Below are positions 50,405 through 61,988 of a DNA stretch of 64,000 nt, piece by piece. The notes under the pieces are model-generated. The model saw nothing but the letters and a program-made list of their open reading frames with translations, was not told the DNA's origin and did not search any database. Position numbers and translations under genes: made by a program. This stretch comes from Chiloscyllium plagiosum (Eukaryota), in the NCBI RefSeq assembly GCF_004010195.1, contig NC_057717.1, positions 72,172,074 through 72,236,073 of the forward strand. Direction: 5' to 3'. Position 1 is the first letter of the stretch. Each line of letters begins with the position of its first letter.

Positions 50405-51590
50405 ACAGGGTTTGATTCGGACCAGTCAGCGTAGACTTGTGAGTGGGAGATCATGTTTCGTTAATTTGTTAGAGTTCTTTAATGAAGTGACCAAGAAGAT
50501 TGATGAGGACAGAACGGTAAACGTAGTCTCTATGGATTTCAATAAGGCCTTTGATAAGGTTTCACATGGCAGGATGCTCTGGAAGGTTACATCAAGTGGA
50601 AGTCTGGGGGAACTGGCAAATTGGATACAAAGTTGGCTTGATGGTAGGAAGCAGAGGGTTTAGTCTAAGGATGCTTGTCAGACTGGAGGCGGGGTCTATT
50701 GTTGTTTGTTTTCTATGATTTGGTTGAGAGTGTACAAGGCATGATTAGTAAGTTTGCAGATGACCCTAAAATAAGTGGTATCGTGATCAGTGAGGAAGTT
50801 GATCAGAAATTGCAACAAGACCTTTATCAGGTGGAGAAGTGAACCGAGAAATGGCAAATGGAGTTTAATATAGATGCGTGGGGTCTTGCATTTTGGAACC
50901 TCAAATCAAGATAGGTGTTCCATGGTGAATGGGAGGGCCTTAAAGCATGTAGTGGGCAGAGACTTTGGCGTTCAGGTGCACGGTTCTCTGAGAGTGGCGT
51001 CACAAATAGACAGGGCAGTGACGAAGGCGTTTGGCACACTGGCCTTCGTCAGGCAGGACATTGAGTATGGAAGTTGGGAAGTCATATTGCAGTTACCCAG
51101 GACTGTGGTAAGACCGCACTTGGAGTATTGTGTTCAGTTTTTATCACGTTGTTATAGGGTGGATGTTATGAAATTAGAAAGAGTGCGGGAGAAATTTACA
51201 AAGACGTTTCCATGACCCAATATTCTGAGTTACAGGGAGAAGTTGGATTAGCTAGGACCTTTTTTTTAAGAGTGTAGGAGACCGAGGGTGGACCTTATAG
51301 AGCTGTATTAGGTCATGAGGGGTGAATGCTCTCAATATTTTTCTCAGGTTAAGAGAACCAAGGACTAGAGGGGATCCGTTTAACGTTAAAGGGGAATGAA
51401 TAAACGGGAACCTGAGGAGCCACTTCTTTACATAGAGGGATGGTATGCTGATAAGCTGCCAGCAGATGTTGTTGAGGGGGTACATTAACAACATTTCAAA
51501 AGTATTTGGATAAGTATGTGGATAGGAAAGGACTAGAAGGATATGGGCCAAGTGCAGGGAAATAGGGTAGCGTGGATGGATATATACAAT
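50405..51590 (+). mobile_element. 5'-truncated CR1 LINE (RT and C-terminus)
   Basis: GRSCFVNLLEFFNEVTKKIDE...MDFNKAFDKVSHGR; VRPHLEYCVQF. Confidence 0.92.
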
Positions 51591-51594
51591 GCGG

Positions 51595-53150
51595 AGTCGA
51601 ACCAAACACCCAGAAAAGCTCGCCTCACCTCGTAATCTGTTTAAGTATGAGCGACACAGATCTCTTACATTCCACTATTTAAACAAAAATGAACAGATTA
51701 GTTTCTTAACTTAAAGATTGAACACTTAACCAGAACTGTTCACAAATACAAGCCGCTTTTTTTCTTAACTACTTACTATCTGACTCCAACTCTGTAAAAA
51801 TATGCTGTTCCAAAAATCCACACATGAAACATTACCCCTTGGGCTTCTTGTTCCACCTATGTTTAACTATTGCCAATGTGCTTTACTCTATGTTTTGTAG
51901 CATAGGATCTCCCCTTCTCCCAATTTCTATTCTTCACAGAAGCTAAATTTCATCTCATGCACCAATGCATTTTTACCTGCCATTTCTGCCGTGCTTCACA
52001 CTTCTTGAAATTTCAGTTCATTCACATGAATTCTTACCATCTCTGGAAGTGAGTCTTTAAACTCATCCAGCAGAATAATCGTCCTTAAAGCCTTACAGGT
52101 GTTATCCAATTTTCAGGCCCACACCCCTCTATCAAAATGACTGTGTTTAATTCTTTCAAACTCAACATAACTCTGATCTGGTTACGTCTCTATTGTTTGA
52201 ATAGCTGTCTATATGCTTCTAGTACCAAGTCATAATCACTCCAAAAAGCATGTTTTACATCTGCATAATCTCTTAACACCTCATCTGAAAGCGCTGCACA
52301 TACCTCACAAGTTGTACCTAACAGCTAAGTCTGAACTGGCATTACCCATAAGTTCACTGGACACGCCCAGCCACGTTTTCGAATGATATAAAAAAGGTTT
52401 TGACATTTTTCTCACCGGAATATGGCAAAATATTAATATAGTTTCATACATCCCTGTGTTCTCTCTTCATCTTCATCCTGCTAATTTAGCTTTCTTACCT
52501 AATTCCCAAATTCTGAATTTCAAATTCTCTCTCTCTTTCTTATTCCTCTCTTTCTCTTTCGCTTTCTCTCTCTCTCTTTTTCTGTCTCTTTCCTTACCTT
52601 CTAAATCCAGTTACCACATTTGCAGTTTCAGTTTTTCTAACTCGACTGCAGTTGTCTGTTCCTTTGATGCACAAAGGTGCTTGACCAAATCCATTACAAT
52701 TTCAGCATCCCTTTTGTCCCTGGATAAACCCAATTCTAATGTATTAGTTAATTATAAAAGTATGCCCTTCCTCTGTCTTTCTAAACTTTCTTGGTAAATT
52801 TGGGAATCATCTTCAAACCCCAAAACCTCTTTATTTATGTAAAAGCCATTTCTTTTAATTTAGCCAGCCACAAGTAAGCAAAATTAAACCAATTTTCTCA
52901 CCTGCTTTATTTGAAAACCTAGATCAATAACTGCTAAGTGATGGAATCGGCGGGGACCTTTAGTACCCCAAATGTGTTCAATCAGTCCAAATCCCACACG
53001 ACGAGGTCCTCAAACTGTTATGATCTCGATGTGGAACCCTTCTTTTAAATGAAACCACACACCCAGAAAAGCTCACTTCGCCTGGTAATCTGTTAAAACA
53101 TGAGTGACAGAGAGGTCCTAAATTCCACTAGTAAAAGAAAAGTAACAAGT
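51595..53150 (-). mobile_element. internally deleted Gypsy LTR element (LTR fragments plus gag)
   Basis: Direct repeats acacccagaaaagctc...ttccacta at ~51600-51700 and ~53050-53150. The right LTR starts tgttatg at 53016, next to a tRNA-Pro-like PBS remnant. gag reads LELGLSRDKRDAEIVMDLVKHL...TFFISFENVA on the minus strand. Confidence 0.75.
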
Positions 53151-53157
53151 TATAAGT

Positions 53158-53730
53158 ATGGACGTTAGCTTACTGAGTTTGAAATTTTGTTTTCAGATGT
53201 TTCATCACCTTGACTAGGTAACAATATTGGTGAAAGTCTCCGGTGACGCACTGGTGTCATGTCTTGCCTCTCTATTTTTCGGTTTTGGTTTCTTAAGTTG
53301 GGTGATGTCATTTCCTGAAAACGTGTCGCTGGAAAAGCGCAGCAGATCAGGCAGCATCCAAGGAGCAGGAGAATCGACGTTTCGGGCATGAGCCCTTCTT
53401 CGGGAATCCTTCAACAGATTTCCAGCAACTGATTTTCAGCTCTGATCTCCAGCATCTGCAGTCCTCGCATTCTCCTCAATGATGTCATTTCCTGTTCTTT
53501 ATTTTCAAGGAAAGGTAGATATGATCTAAATTGATGTGTTTATTAATGTACCTCTGGGTAGAATGTCATGCCTCTAAGAACTTTCGTACGTTCCTTGTTT
53601 CGCCTGTCCCAGGATGCGTGCGTTGTTCCAGTCAAAATGGCGTATTTCTTTGTCTGTATGTATGGAAACAAGTGATAGTGGGTCATGTCTTTAGGTGGCC
53701 AGTTGGTGTTCATATATCCTGGTAGCATGA
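53158..53730 (-). mobile_element. Penelope-like GIY-YIG 3' fragment containing a nested palindromic insert (53318-53479)
   Basis: Homologous to 43836-44285; nested element has a 15-bp TSD tgatgtcatttcctg (53303-53317 / 53480-53494). Confidence 0.8.
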
Positions 53731-54329
53731 CAACAGGACAGTTTGAAATGGAGGAAAATAATTTTATGCACACTGTTTAATCAGTGTGTGTTCAGATAAG
53801 TAAGATTGTTCACATGTGTACAGCACAGTCTGAATGAACAACGGAGACACAGTTAGCGAAAAATGATGCACGTGATGTATAAAATTTGTAAAGCATTAAA
53901 ACATTATTTGATTCCCATCTGAAGTGATATGTTCCCCTTCGCTCAACGTCCCCCCTTTTCTGGGATTCCCTACTCCCCTCTCTCATTCTTATCAAGATGT
54001 GTGTTATAAATTCTTGCTTCCAGTATCCTAACTTATTTCAGTTAATCCCCTTTCTACCAAGACTTAAATATATTGGCATGTTGGGTTCTTTCCAAAACGA
54101 ATGTCTGTCATATTATTGGAAATGAAAATTCTGGCATCAGACTCAGCACTTGAACATATTACTCTGTAATACATGCATTATGAAAAGGACCACAGCACAC
54201 AAGAATTGCCAAAACATTGGGGATATATATCTACGTCTTTTGATAATATAGGTTTCTCATTTTCCACATCTCCATATCTATATTCTATCTCTCGTTCTCT
54301 CTTTGTATCTAGTTAAGAAATCCACCAAT

Positions 54330-57300
54330 TACCTCGAGAGCGGGAGTCCTCCATTTTTGTATTTCAACGGCAGGGTGGGAGCTTACACCAGGGGACTGCC
54401 GTAGGCGTTGAGTCGTTGATCTGTGCTTTTACATTTGAAGTCAGAGAGCAGAGGTTTCTGGGAAAGGAGGGACATCTTATTTTTATTTATATTCATCTAT
54501 AAAGTCAGTGTTTTCTCAACCCGAGTTTTTTAGGGCCCCCCACCCAAACCCCTCCTCTAACCCTAAAGACCAGGGACATATCAGGTAGATATCACTTTTT
54601 TACTTTGTGAAAAGCGAACTAGCAGGAATGGCAGTGCAGGGAGTGCAATGTTCTTCCTGCATGATCTTTGATGTGAGGGACTCCTTTAGTGTCCCATCCA
54701 AGTACATCTGCAGGAAGTGCACCCAACTCTCACTCCTCCAAAACTGTTTTAGGGAACTGGAGTGGGAGCTGGATGAACTTCGGATTATTCGGGAGGCAGA
54801 GGCTGTGATATATAAGAGTTACAGGGAAGTATTACTCCTAGGCACGTAAAAACCTGGGAGACTGTTCGAAGGGGGAAAAACAGTCAGTGGAGGGATCCAC
54901 TGTGGTCGTTCCCCTGAAAAACGTGTATACAGATTTAGATACTGTTGAGGGGGACAACTTAGCAGGGGTATGCAGTGTGGCCCAGGTCTCTGGCACAGAG
55001 CCTGTCCCTGTTGCACAGAAGGGAAAGAGGGAAAGTAGGAGAGCGTTAGTCATTGGGGACTCGATAGTTAGAGGTTCAGATTGGTTTGTTGGGAATGAAC
55101 GAGATTCACGGATGGTGTGTTGCCTCCCAGGTGCCAGGGTCTGTAATGTCTTGGATCGTATCTTTGGGGTCCTGAAGGGAGAGGGTGACCAGCCTCATTT
55201 CATGGTCCATGTAGGTACCAACGACATAGATAGAAAGAGCGAAAGGGATATAAGGGCAGGATTTCAGGGAGCTAGGGTGGAAGCTGAGAGCTAGATCAAA
55301 CAGAGTTGTTATCACTGGTTTGTGTTACCCGTGCCACATGATAGTGAGGCAAGGAATAGGGAGAGATATCAGCTGAATACGTGGTTGCAAGGATGGTGCA
55401 GGAGGTATTTTGATAATTGGGGCTCATTCTGGGGAAGGTGGGACCTATACAAACAGGATGGTCTTCATTGAACCAGGGAGTATTAATATCCTGGGTGGGA
55501 AATTTGCTGATGCTTTTCGGTTGGGTTTACACTAGCTCAGCAGGGTGATGGGAATCTGAGGTGTAGTTGCAGTGCACAGGAGGATGAGAGTAGGGAGGAC
55601 AGGGACAGGATTTCACGGTCACAGAAATGTGCTGGCAGACAGCAAATTTGCTTTAAGTGTGTCCACTTCAATGCCTGAAGTATCTGAAATAATGTCGTTG
55701 AGCTTGTAGCATGGGTTGGTACCTGGAACTCCGATATTGTGGCCATTTCGGAGACATGGATAGAGCAGGGTGAGGAATGGATGTTGCAGGTTCCAGTGTT
55801 TAGATCTTTCAGAAAGGACAGACAAGGCTGTAAAAGAGCGGGGGGAGGGGTAAGGGTGGCCTTGTTAGGCAAGGATATTATAACGGTGGCTGAGAGAACT
55901 TTTGACGAGGACTTGTCAACTAAGGTAGTGTGGGCTAAGGTTAGAAACAGGAGAGGAGAGGTCACACTACTTGGAGTTTTTTTGTCAGCCTCTGCAGAGT
56001 TCCAGGGAGGTGGAAGAGAGGATTAGCAATATTATTCTCGGTGGGAGTGAAAGGAAGAGGGTGGTCATTATGCGGGACTTTAAATTCCCCAACATTGACT
56101 GGAAATCTTATAACGCTAGTACATCCGAATGGATCAGCTTTTGTGCAATGTGTACAGTCGGGTTTCCTGACGCAGTATGTCGAAGGGCCGACAAGAGGGG
56201 AGGCCACACTGGATCTGGTGCTTGGTAATGAACCAGTCCAGGTGTTTCATTTAGTTGTAGGTGAGCACTTTGGAAAGAGTGACCATAATTCAGTTACGAT
56301 TAGGTTAGCGATGGAAAGGGATAGGTACATGTCACAGGTCGAGTTATCGATGGGACAAGCACAATTATAATGAGATTAAGCAAGAATTAGGATGCCTAGA
56401 ATGGGGTAGCAAAATGCAGGGGATGCAAACAATGGAAAGGTGGAGCTGGTTTAAAAGAACAAGGAAAGGTAGATATGATCTAAATTGATGTGATTAAGCA
56501 AGAATTAGGATGCCTAGAATGGGGTAGCAAAATGCAGGGGATGCAAACAATGGAAAGGTGGAGCTGGTTTAAAAGAACAGATATTGCATGTCCTTGATAC
56601 ATATGTCCCTGTCAAGGCAGGGAGGAAGTGATAAGGTAAGTGAACCGTGGTTTACTACAGAAATTGCATCTTTTGTTATGCAGAAGAAGGAGACTAATGT
56701 GATGATTCAGATGAGGCGATGGAGAGTTACAGATCAGATAGGAAGAATTTAAAGAGAGAGTTAACAAGAATAAAAAGAGGACACGAGCAGTCTTAAGAAA
56801 ATAGAATAAAAGAGAACCCTACAGCTTTCTATCGGTATGTGAGGAATAAAAGGATGATTAGGGTAGGAATAGGACCAGTCAAAGACAGAAGTGGGAAGTT
56901 GTGTGTGGACCCTGTAGAGATCGGAGAGGTGCTAAACGAACATTTCTAATCAGTTTTCACTCAGGAAAAGGAGAATATTGTAGAGGAGAAAAATGAGGTA
57001 CGATATATTAGACTAGAAAGATCGAGGTCAGTTACGAACGCGTGTTATCAATTGTAGAAGGAATGAAAGTAGAGAAGTCCCCTGGGACGGATAGGATTTA
57101 TCTGAGGATTCTCTGGGAAGCTAGAAAGGAGATAGCAGAGCCTTTGGTTTTGATATTTGAGTCGCCATTGTCCACAGGTTTAGTACCAGATGACTGGAGG
57201 CTGGCAAATGTTGTGCGCTTGTTCAAGACGGGCAGTAGAGATGACTCAGGTGATTATACACAGATGAGCCTTACTTCTGTTGTAGGAAAAGCTTTGGAAA

Positions 57301-59320
57301 GCTTTATAAAAGGTAAGATTCATTATCATCTAGCAAGAAACAATTTGATTTCAGATTATCAATATGGTTTCGTCAAGGGCAGGTTGTGTCTCACAAACCT
57401 CATTGAGTTTTTGAGAGGGTGACTAAGCATGTAGATGAGGCTAGGGCAGTTGACGTGCTATACATGGACTTCAGTAGAACCTTTGATAAGGTTTCACATG
57501 GTAGGCTGTTGGGGGGAATGCAGAGATATGGAATTGAGAGTGATTTAGCAGTTTGGATTAGAAACTGGCTTTCTGAATGTAATGGTGTTTGGAAAATATT
57601 CAGCCTGGAGTCCGGTTACTGGTGGTGTGCCACAAGGATCTGTTTTGGGACCACTGCTGTTTGTCATTTTTATAAATGACTTAGACGTAGTCATAGGTGG
57701 ATAGATTAGTAAATTTCAGATGACACTAAAGTTGGTGGAGTAGTGGACAGTGTGGAAGAATGTTGCAGGTTGCAGGGACGAAGTCCCCTGGGACGGATAG
57801 GATTTATCTGAGGATTCTCTGGGAAGCTAGAAAGGAGATAGCAGAGCCTTTGGTTTTGATATTTGAGTCGCCATTGTCCACAGGTTTAGTACCAGATGAC
57901 TGGAGGCTGGCAAATGTTGTGCGCTTGTTCAAGACGGGCAGTAGAGATGACTCAGGTGATTATACACAGATGAGCCTTACTTCTGTTGTAGGAAAAGCTT
58001 TGGAAAGCTTTATAAAAGGTAAGATTCATTATCATCTAGCAAGAAAAAATTTGATTTCAGATTATCAATATGGTTTCGTCAAGGGCAGGTTGTGTCTCAC
58101 AAACCTCATTGAGTTTTTGAGAGGGTGACTAAGCATGTAGATGAGGCTAGGGCAGTTGACGTGCTATACATGGACTTCAGTAGAACCTTTGATAAGGTTT
58201 CACATGGTAGGCTGTTGGGGGGAATGCAGAGATATGGAATTGAGAGTGATTTAGCAGTTTGGATTAGAAACTGGCTTTCTGAATGTAATGGTGTTTGGAA
58301 AATATTCAGCCTGGAGTCCGGTTACTGGTGGTGTGCCACAAGGATCTGTTTTGGGACCACTGCTGTTTGTCATTTTTATAAATGACTTAGACGCAGTCAT
58401 AGGTGGAGAGATTAGTAAATTTTCAGATGACACTAAAGTTGGTGGAGTAGTGGACAGTGTGGAAGAATGTTGCAGGTTGCAGGGACCTTGATAAACTGCA
58501 GAATTGGGATGAGAAGTGGCAAATAGAGTTCGGTGCAGCTAAATGTGAGGTGATGCACTTTGGGAAGAATAAGCAGGAAGGCAGAGTACTGGCTCAATGT
58601 AAAGATTCTTGGTAGTGTGGATGTGCAGAGGAATCTTGGTGTCCATGTACATCGATCCCTGAGTGTTGCCAACCAGGTGGATAGTGCTGTTAAGAAGACA
58701 TACAGTGTGTTAGGTTTCATTTGTAAATGGATTGAGTTCCGGAACCGCAATATCAAGCTGCAACTATACAAAACACTGGTGCGGCACACTTGGAATATTG
58801 TGTACAACTCTGGTCCCCATATTTCAAGAAGGATGTGGAAGCATTGAAATAGGTGCAGAGGAGATTTATCAGGATATTATCTGGTCTGGAGGGAAGGTCA
58901 TATGAGGGAAAGCTCAGAGACTTGCATCTGTTCTCATTGGAAAGAAGTAGGCTAAGAGGGGATTTGATAGAGATATACAAGATGATCAGAGGATTAGATA
59001 GGGTACACAGTGAAGTCTTTTCCCTCGGATAATGACATCAGTTTGTACGAGGGGGCATAACGACAAATTGAGGGGTGATAGATTTAAGACAGATATCAGA
59101 GGCAGGTTCTTGATGCAGAGTGGTAAGGACGTGGAATGCCCTACCTGCTAATGTAGTCAACTCAGCCACATTAGGGAGATTTACACAATCCTTAGGTAAG
59201 CACATGGATGATGATGGGATAGTGCAGGGGAAAGAGCTGAGAATAGTTCACAGGTCGGCGCAACATTGAAGGCCGAAGGGCCTGTTCTGCACTGTATTGT
59301 TTTTATGTTCTATGTTCTAC
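54330..59320 (+). mobile_element. near full-length CR1/HER1 LINE, inactivated
   Basis: ORF1 ~54628-55535: CSSC...CRKC zinc finger, coiled coil, SGNH esterase (VIGDSIVRG, HVGTND). ORF2: endonuclease (AISETW, ATLDLVLGNE) and RT ([27 protein letters not shown]). (ttctatg)n tail; frameshifts present. Confidence 0.95.
57074..58486 (+). repeat. 706-bp tandem duplication inside CR1 RT
   Basis: 57074-57779 and 57780-58486 differ at about 4 positions. Confidence 0.95.
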
Positions 59321-59321
59321 A

Positions 59322-60460
59322 TACCTTGCCCTGATGTGTCTTGCCATAATGCAACACCTCACATTTATCTAAAATAATCTCCATCTGCCCTTCCTCGGCT
59401 CACCTAATTATGGTCCCATTGTATTCTGAGATATCATTCTTCATTGTCGCCTACACCACCAAATTCGGAATTATCTGCAAACATACTGACCATACTTCAT
59501 ATATTCAAATGCAAATGATTCGTATAAGTGACAAAAGGCAGTGGACCCACGATTGATCTTTGCAGCACGCCACTGGTCAGAGGTCTCCAAGTTTAATGAA
59601 CAAATGTCCACTGTCACGCCCTGTCTCCAATATTCAAGATAATTATGGATCTAAATGGCCAGCTCTCCCTGGATCCCAGGCAGTCTAACCTTGATAACCA
59701 GCCTACCATGTAGAACATTTTGGTTTTCTTACTGAATTCCATAATGAGAACAACCATTGCCCTGCCTTCATCAACTATCTTCATCACTTCCTCAAAAAAA
59801 TCAATCAAGTCAGTGAGACGTGATTTGCAACCTACAAAGCCCTCTTCAGTCCTTGTCTTTCCAAATGCATATACATCCTTTCCCTCAAAATCCCCTCCAA
59901 CAATTTTGTCACCATTGACGTCAGGCTCACCGATCTATAGTTACCTGGAATTTCTTAAATAATAACATCATGTTATCAGCCCTCCAGTCTTTTGTCACCT
60001 CACCTGTGGAAATGAACAACACAAATATATCAGCAAAGGGCTGAGCAATCTTTTTCCTAGCTTCCCACTAACTTCTGAGATACAATTGATTAGGTCCCAG
60101 GGATTTGTTCACCTTTTGTGTGTTTTAAAATGTCCATCACTTCTTGCAATATAGACACTTTTCAAGATATCACTATGTATTTTTTCATTCTCTCGCTCTT
60201 ATAACCTCTGCCGCATTAAATACTGAGGAGAAATACTTGTTTAGTATCCCTCCCATCTCCTGTAGTTCCACACATCGGTAGCCTTATTTATCTTTAAGGG
60301 GCCCCATTCTCTCCCTAGTTAATCTTTTGCCATGAAAGGATTTGTACAATTTCTTCAATGCTTTCGTTAACCCTATTTCTAAAGCCATCTCATGTCCACA
60401 TTTTTTCTGGCCCGATTTCTGAGTTGACTATATACTTACTGTCCTCATACTCCTCTCAGG
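59322..60460 (-). mobile_element. CR1 LINE RT fragment
   Basis: IDFFEEVMKIVDEGRAMVVLIMEFSK. Confidence 0.85.
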
Positions 60461-60559
60461 ATTCACTTTAATGATTACATCAGGTCTTTCCTATTCATAG
60501 CTAATTTAAAACTAATAGTTACTGCATAAAAGACTTGAAACGTTAAATAACCTTTTCTC

Positions 60560-60800
60560 GTCCCTCTGTTATAGGCTCGCGGGGTTAAATGGCCACCTCC
60601 TGCCCCTTTGTAACAGGCTAGAGAAGCTGAATGGCCTCTTCCTGCCCCTCTGTACTAGACTCAAGAGGCTGAATGCCCTCGTCCTATCCCTCTATAACAC
60701 ACTTGAGAGGCTGAATGTCCTCATCCTACCCCTCTATAAAACACATGAGAGGTCAAATGACCTCCTCCTATCCCTGTGCAACAGACCGGAGACATTAAAT
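60560..60800 (+). repeat. ~40-bp minisatellite
   Basis: About 6 copies of ccctctataacacacttgagaggctgaatg(t/g)cctc(a)tcct. Confidence 0.85.
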
Positions 60801-61551
60801 GACACAGCAGCCGGTTAACTGAGATTCATCCCTTCTCAGTTACAGAAACACAAACAACACAATGTGCTCCAGGTGCCCTCTCAGTAACACATCGTACAGC
60901 TGAAGCGACACATCTCTTTGTTTTGAATGATTCTGTCGAAAAAATGTGCATTATTCCAACTTTCCACCTTTTCAAGTTGCAACAGGCTAATATGGGGTGA
61001 ATGGCCTTTTCCTATCCCTCTGTAAGAGGCCCGTAGGGGCAGAATTGCTTCAGCCTGTTCCTGAGCAGCAGTCTCAAGGGTCTGTCTCAAGGTTATGAAA
61101 GGATTTGATATCAGGACACTTAAAACCAGGAGTAGCCTCACACTGGTCAGTAAGTATTGTACTTTGGTTTAAGGTATCTAGAAACTCGCCCACCTGACTT
61201 TACTTATGCAGTCGATCTGTTATTTTTTTAACTGTCTCCTTTCATAAAAAGGGAGGAGCATATATAGACCCCTGCAGTGTTCTGTTTATACTCTCATATA
61301 CAAGAACAAAAAAAGATTAAAAAGATTGAAAGATTTATGCTCCATTCCTCAGTAACACTCATCTATTCCATTCAAACCCAGTAAATATTCCTTTTTATAG
61401 TGATATGAAAAATGATGCAAGGAACTGGCTAAGTGAGCCTGTTTGTTTAGTGACTGTGATTAATGCCAGTCTCCATTGATTCTAATTATGCCAGTGGAGG
61501 GTTTCCATCTTTAGCGATAAATGGGCACCATTCAATGCGTTGTCCCATAGT

Positions 61552-61988
61552 ATGAGCGGGAGAATGACCAACAGCACTAACAGGGATCCACAGCTCCAGA
61601 GAGAGAGGGGGAGGAGATATCAGAATCTGAGAACATCAAACTGGAATGTTCCAACAATGGATCAGAATCTGAAAACATTATACTGGGATGTTCAAACAAT
61701 GGATCAGAATCTGAGAACATTAGACTGGAATGTCCCAACAATGGATCTGAATCGTAGCACATTAGACTGGAATGTTACAACAATGGATCAGAATCTGAGA
61801 GCATTTTACTGGAATTTTCCAAGAATAGATCCGAATCTGAGAACATTAGACTGGAATTTTCCAACAATAGTCAGGAGTTTATCCGATTATGTTTGGTATC
61901 TTTCTGCAATTGATTGGTTGTCATACCATTGCTCTTCTCATTATTCAACATTTTTATTACCCTTTCCTGTTTATCCTTGGTGTCCCTG
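61552..61988 (+). pseudogene. first coding exon of a GPR139/GPR142-like class A GPCR, frameshifted before TM1
   Basis: The +1 frame gives IALLIIQHFYYPFLFILGVP, then a phase-1 donor g|gtaagt at 61988/61989. This matches the YYPxLxxxGVP-x-N start of TM1 in this family. The upstream frame encodes an N-terminal repeat ectodomain. Confidence 0.7.
61620..61870 (+). repeat. 42-bp coding minisatellite, 6 copies (MDQNLRTLDWNVPT)
   Basis: tcagaatctgagaacattagactggaatgttccaacaatgga units; no indels and no stops in frame. Confidence 0.95.

Noticed and set aside
52456-52797. Hydrophobic 113-aa ORF as a membrane protein
   Set aside because: It is the antisense of the Glu/Lys/Arg-rich gag coiled coil.
61580-61700. 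TRIM coiled-coil exon (MEKNLREI-like)
   Set aside because: The similarity is only a few residues; the downstream YYP..GVP plus splice donor fits a GPCR first exon better.
61620-61870. 42-bp repeats as a CRISPR array
   Set aside because: The copies are contiguous with no unique spacers, there are no cas genes, and the context is vertebrate.
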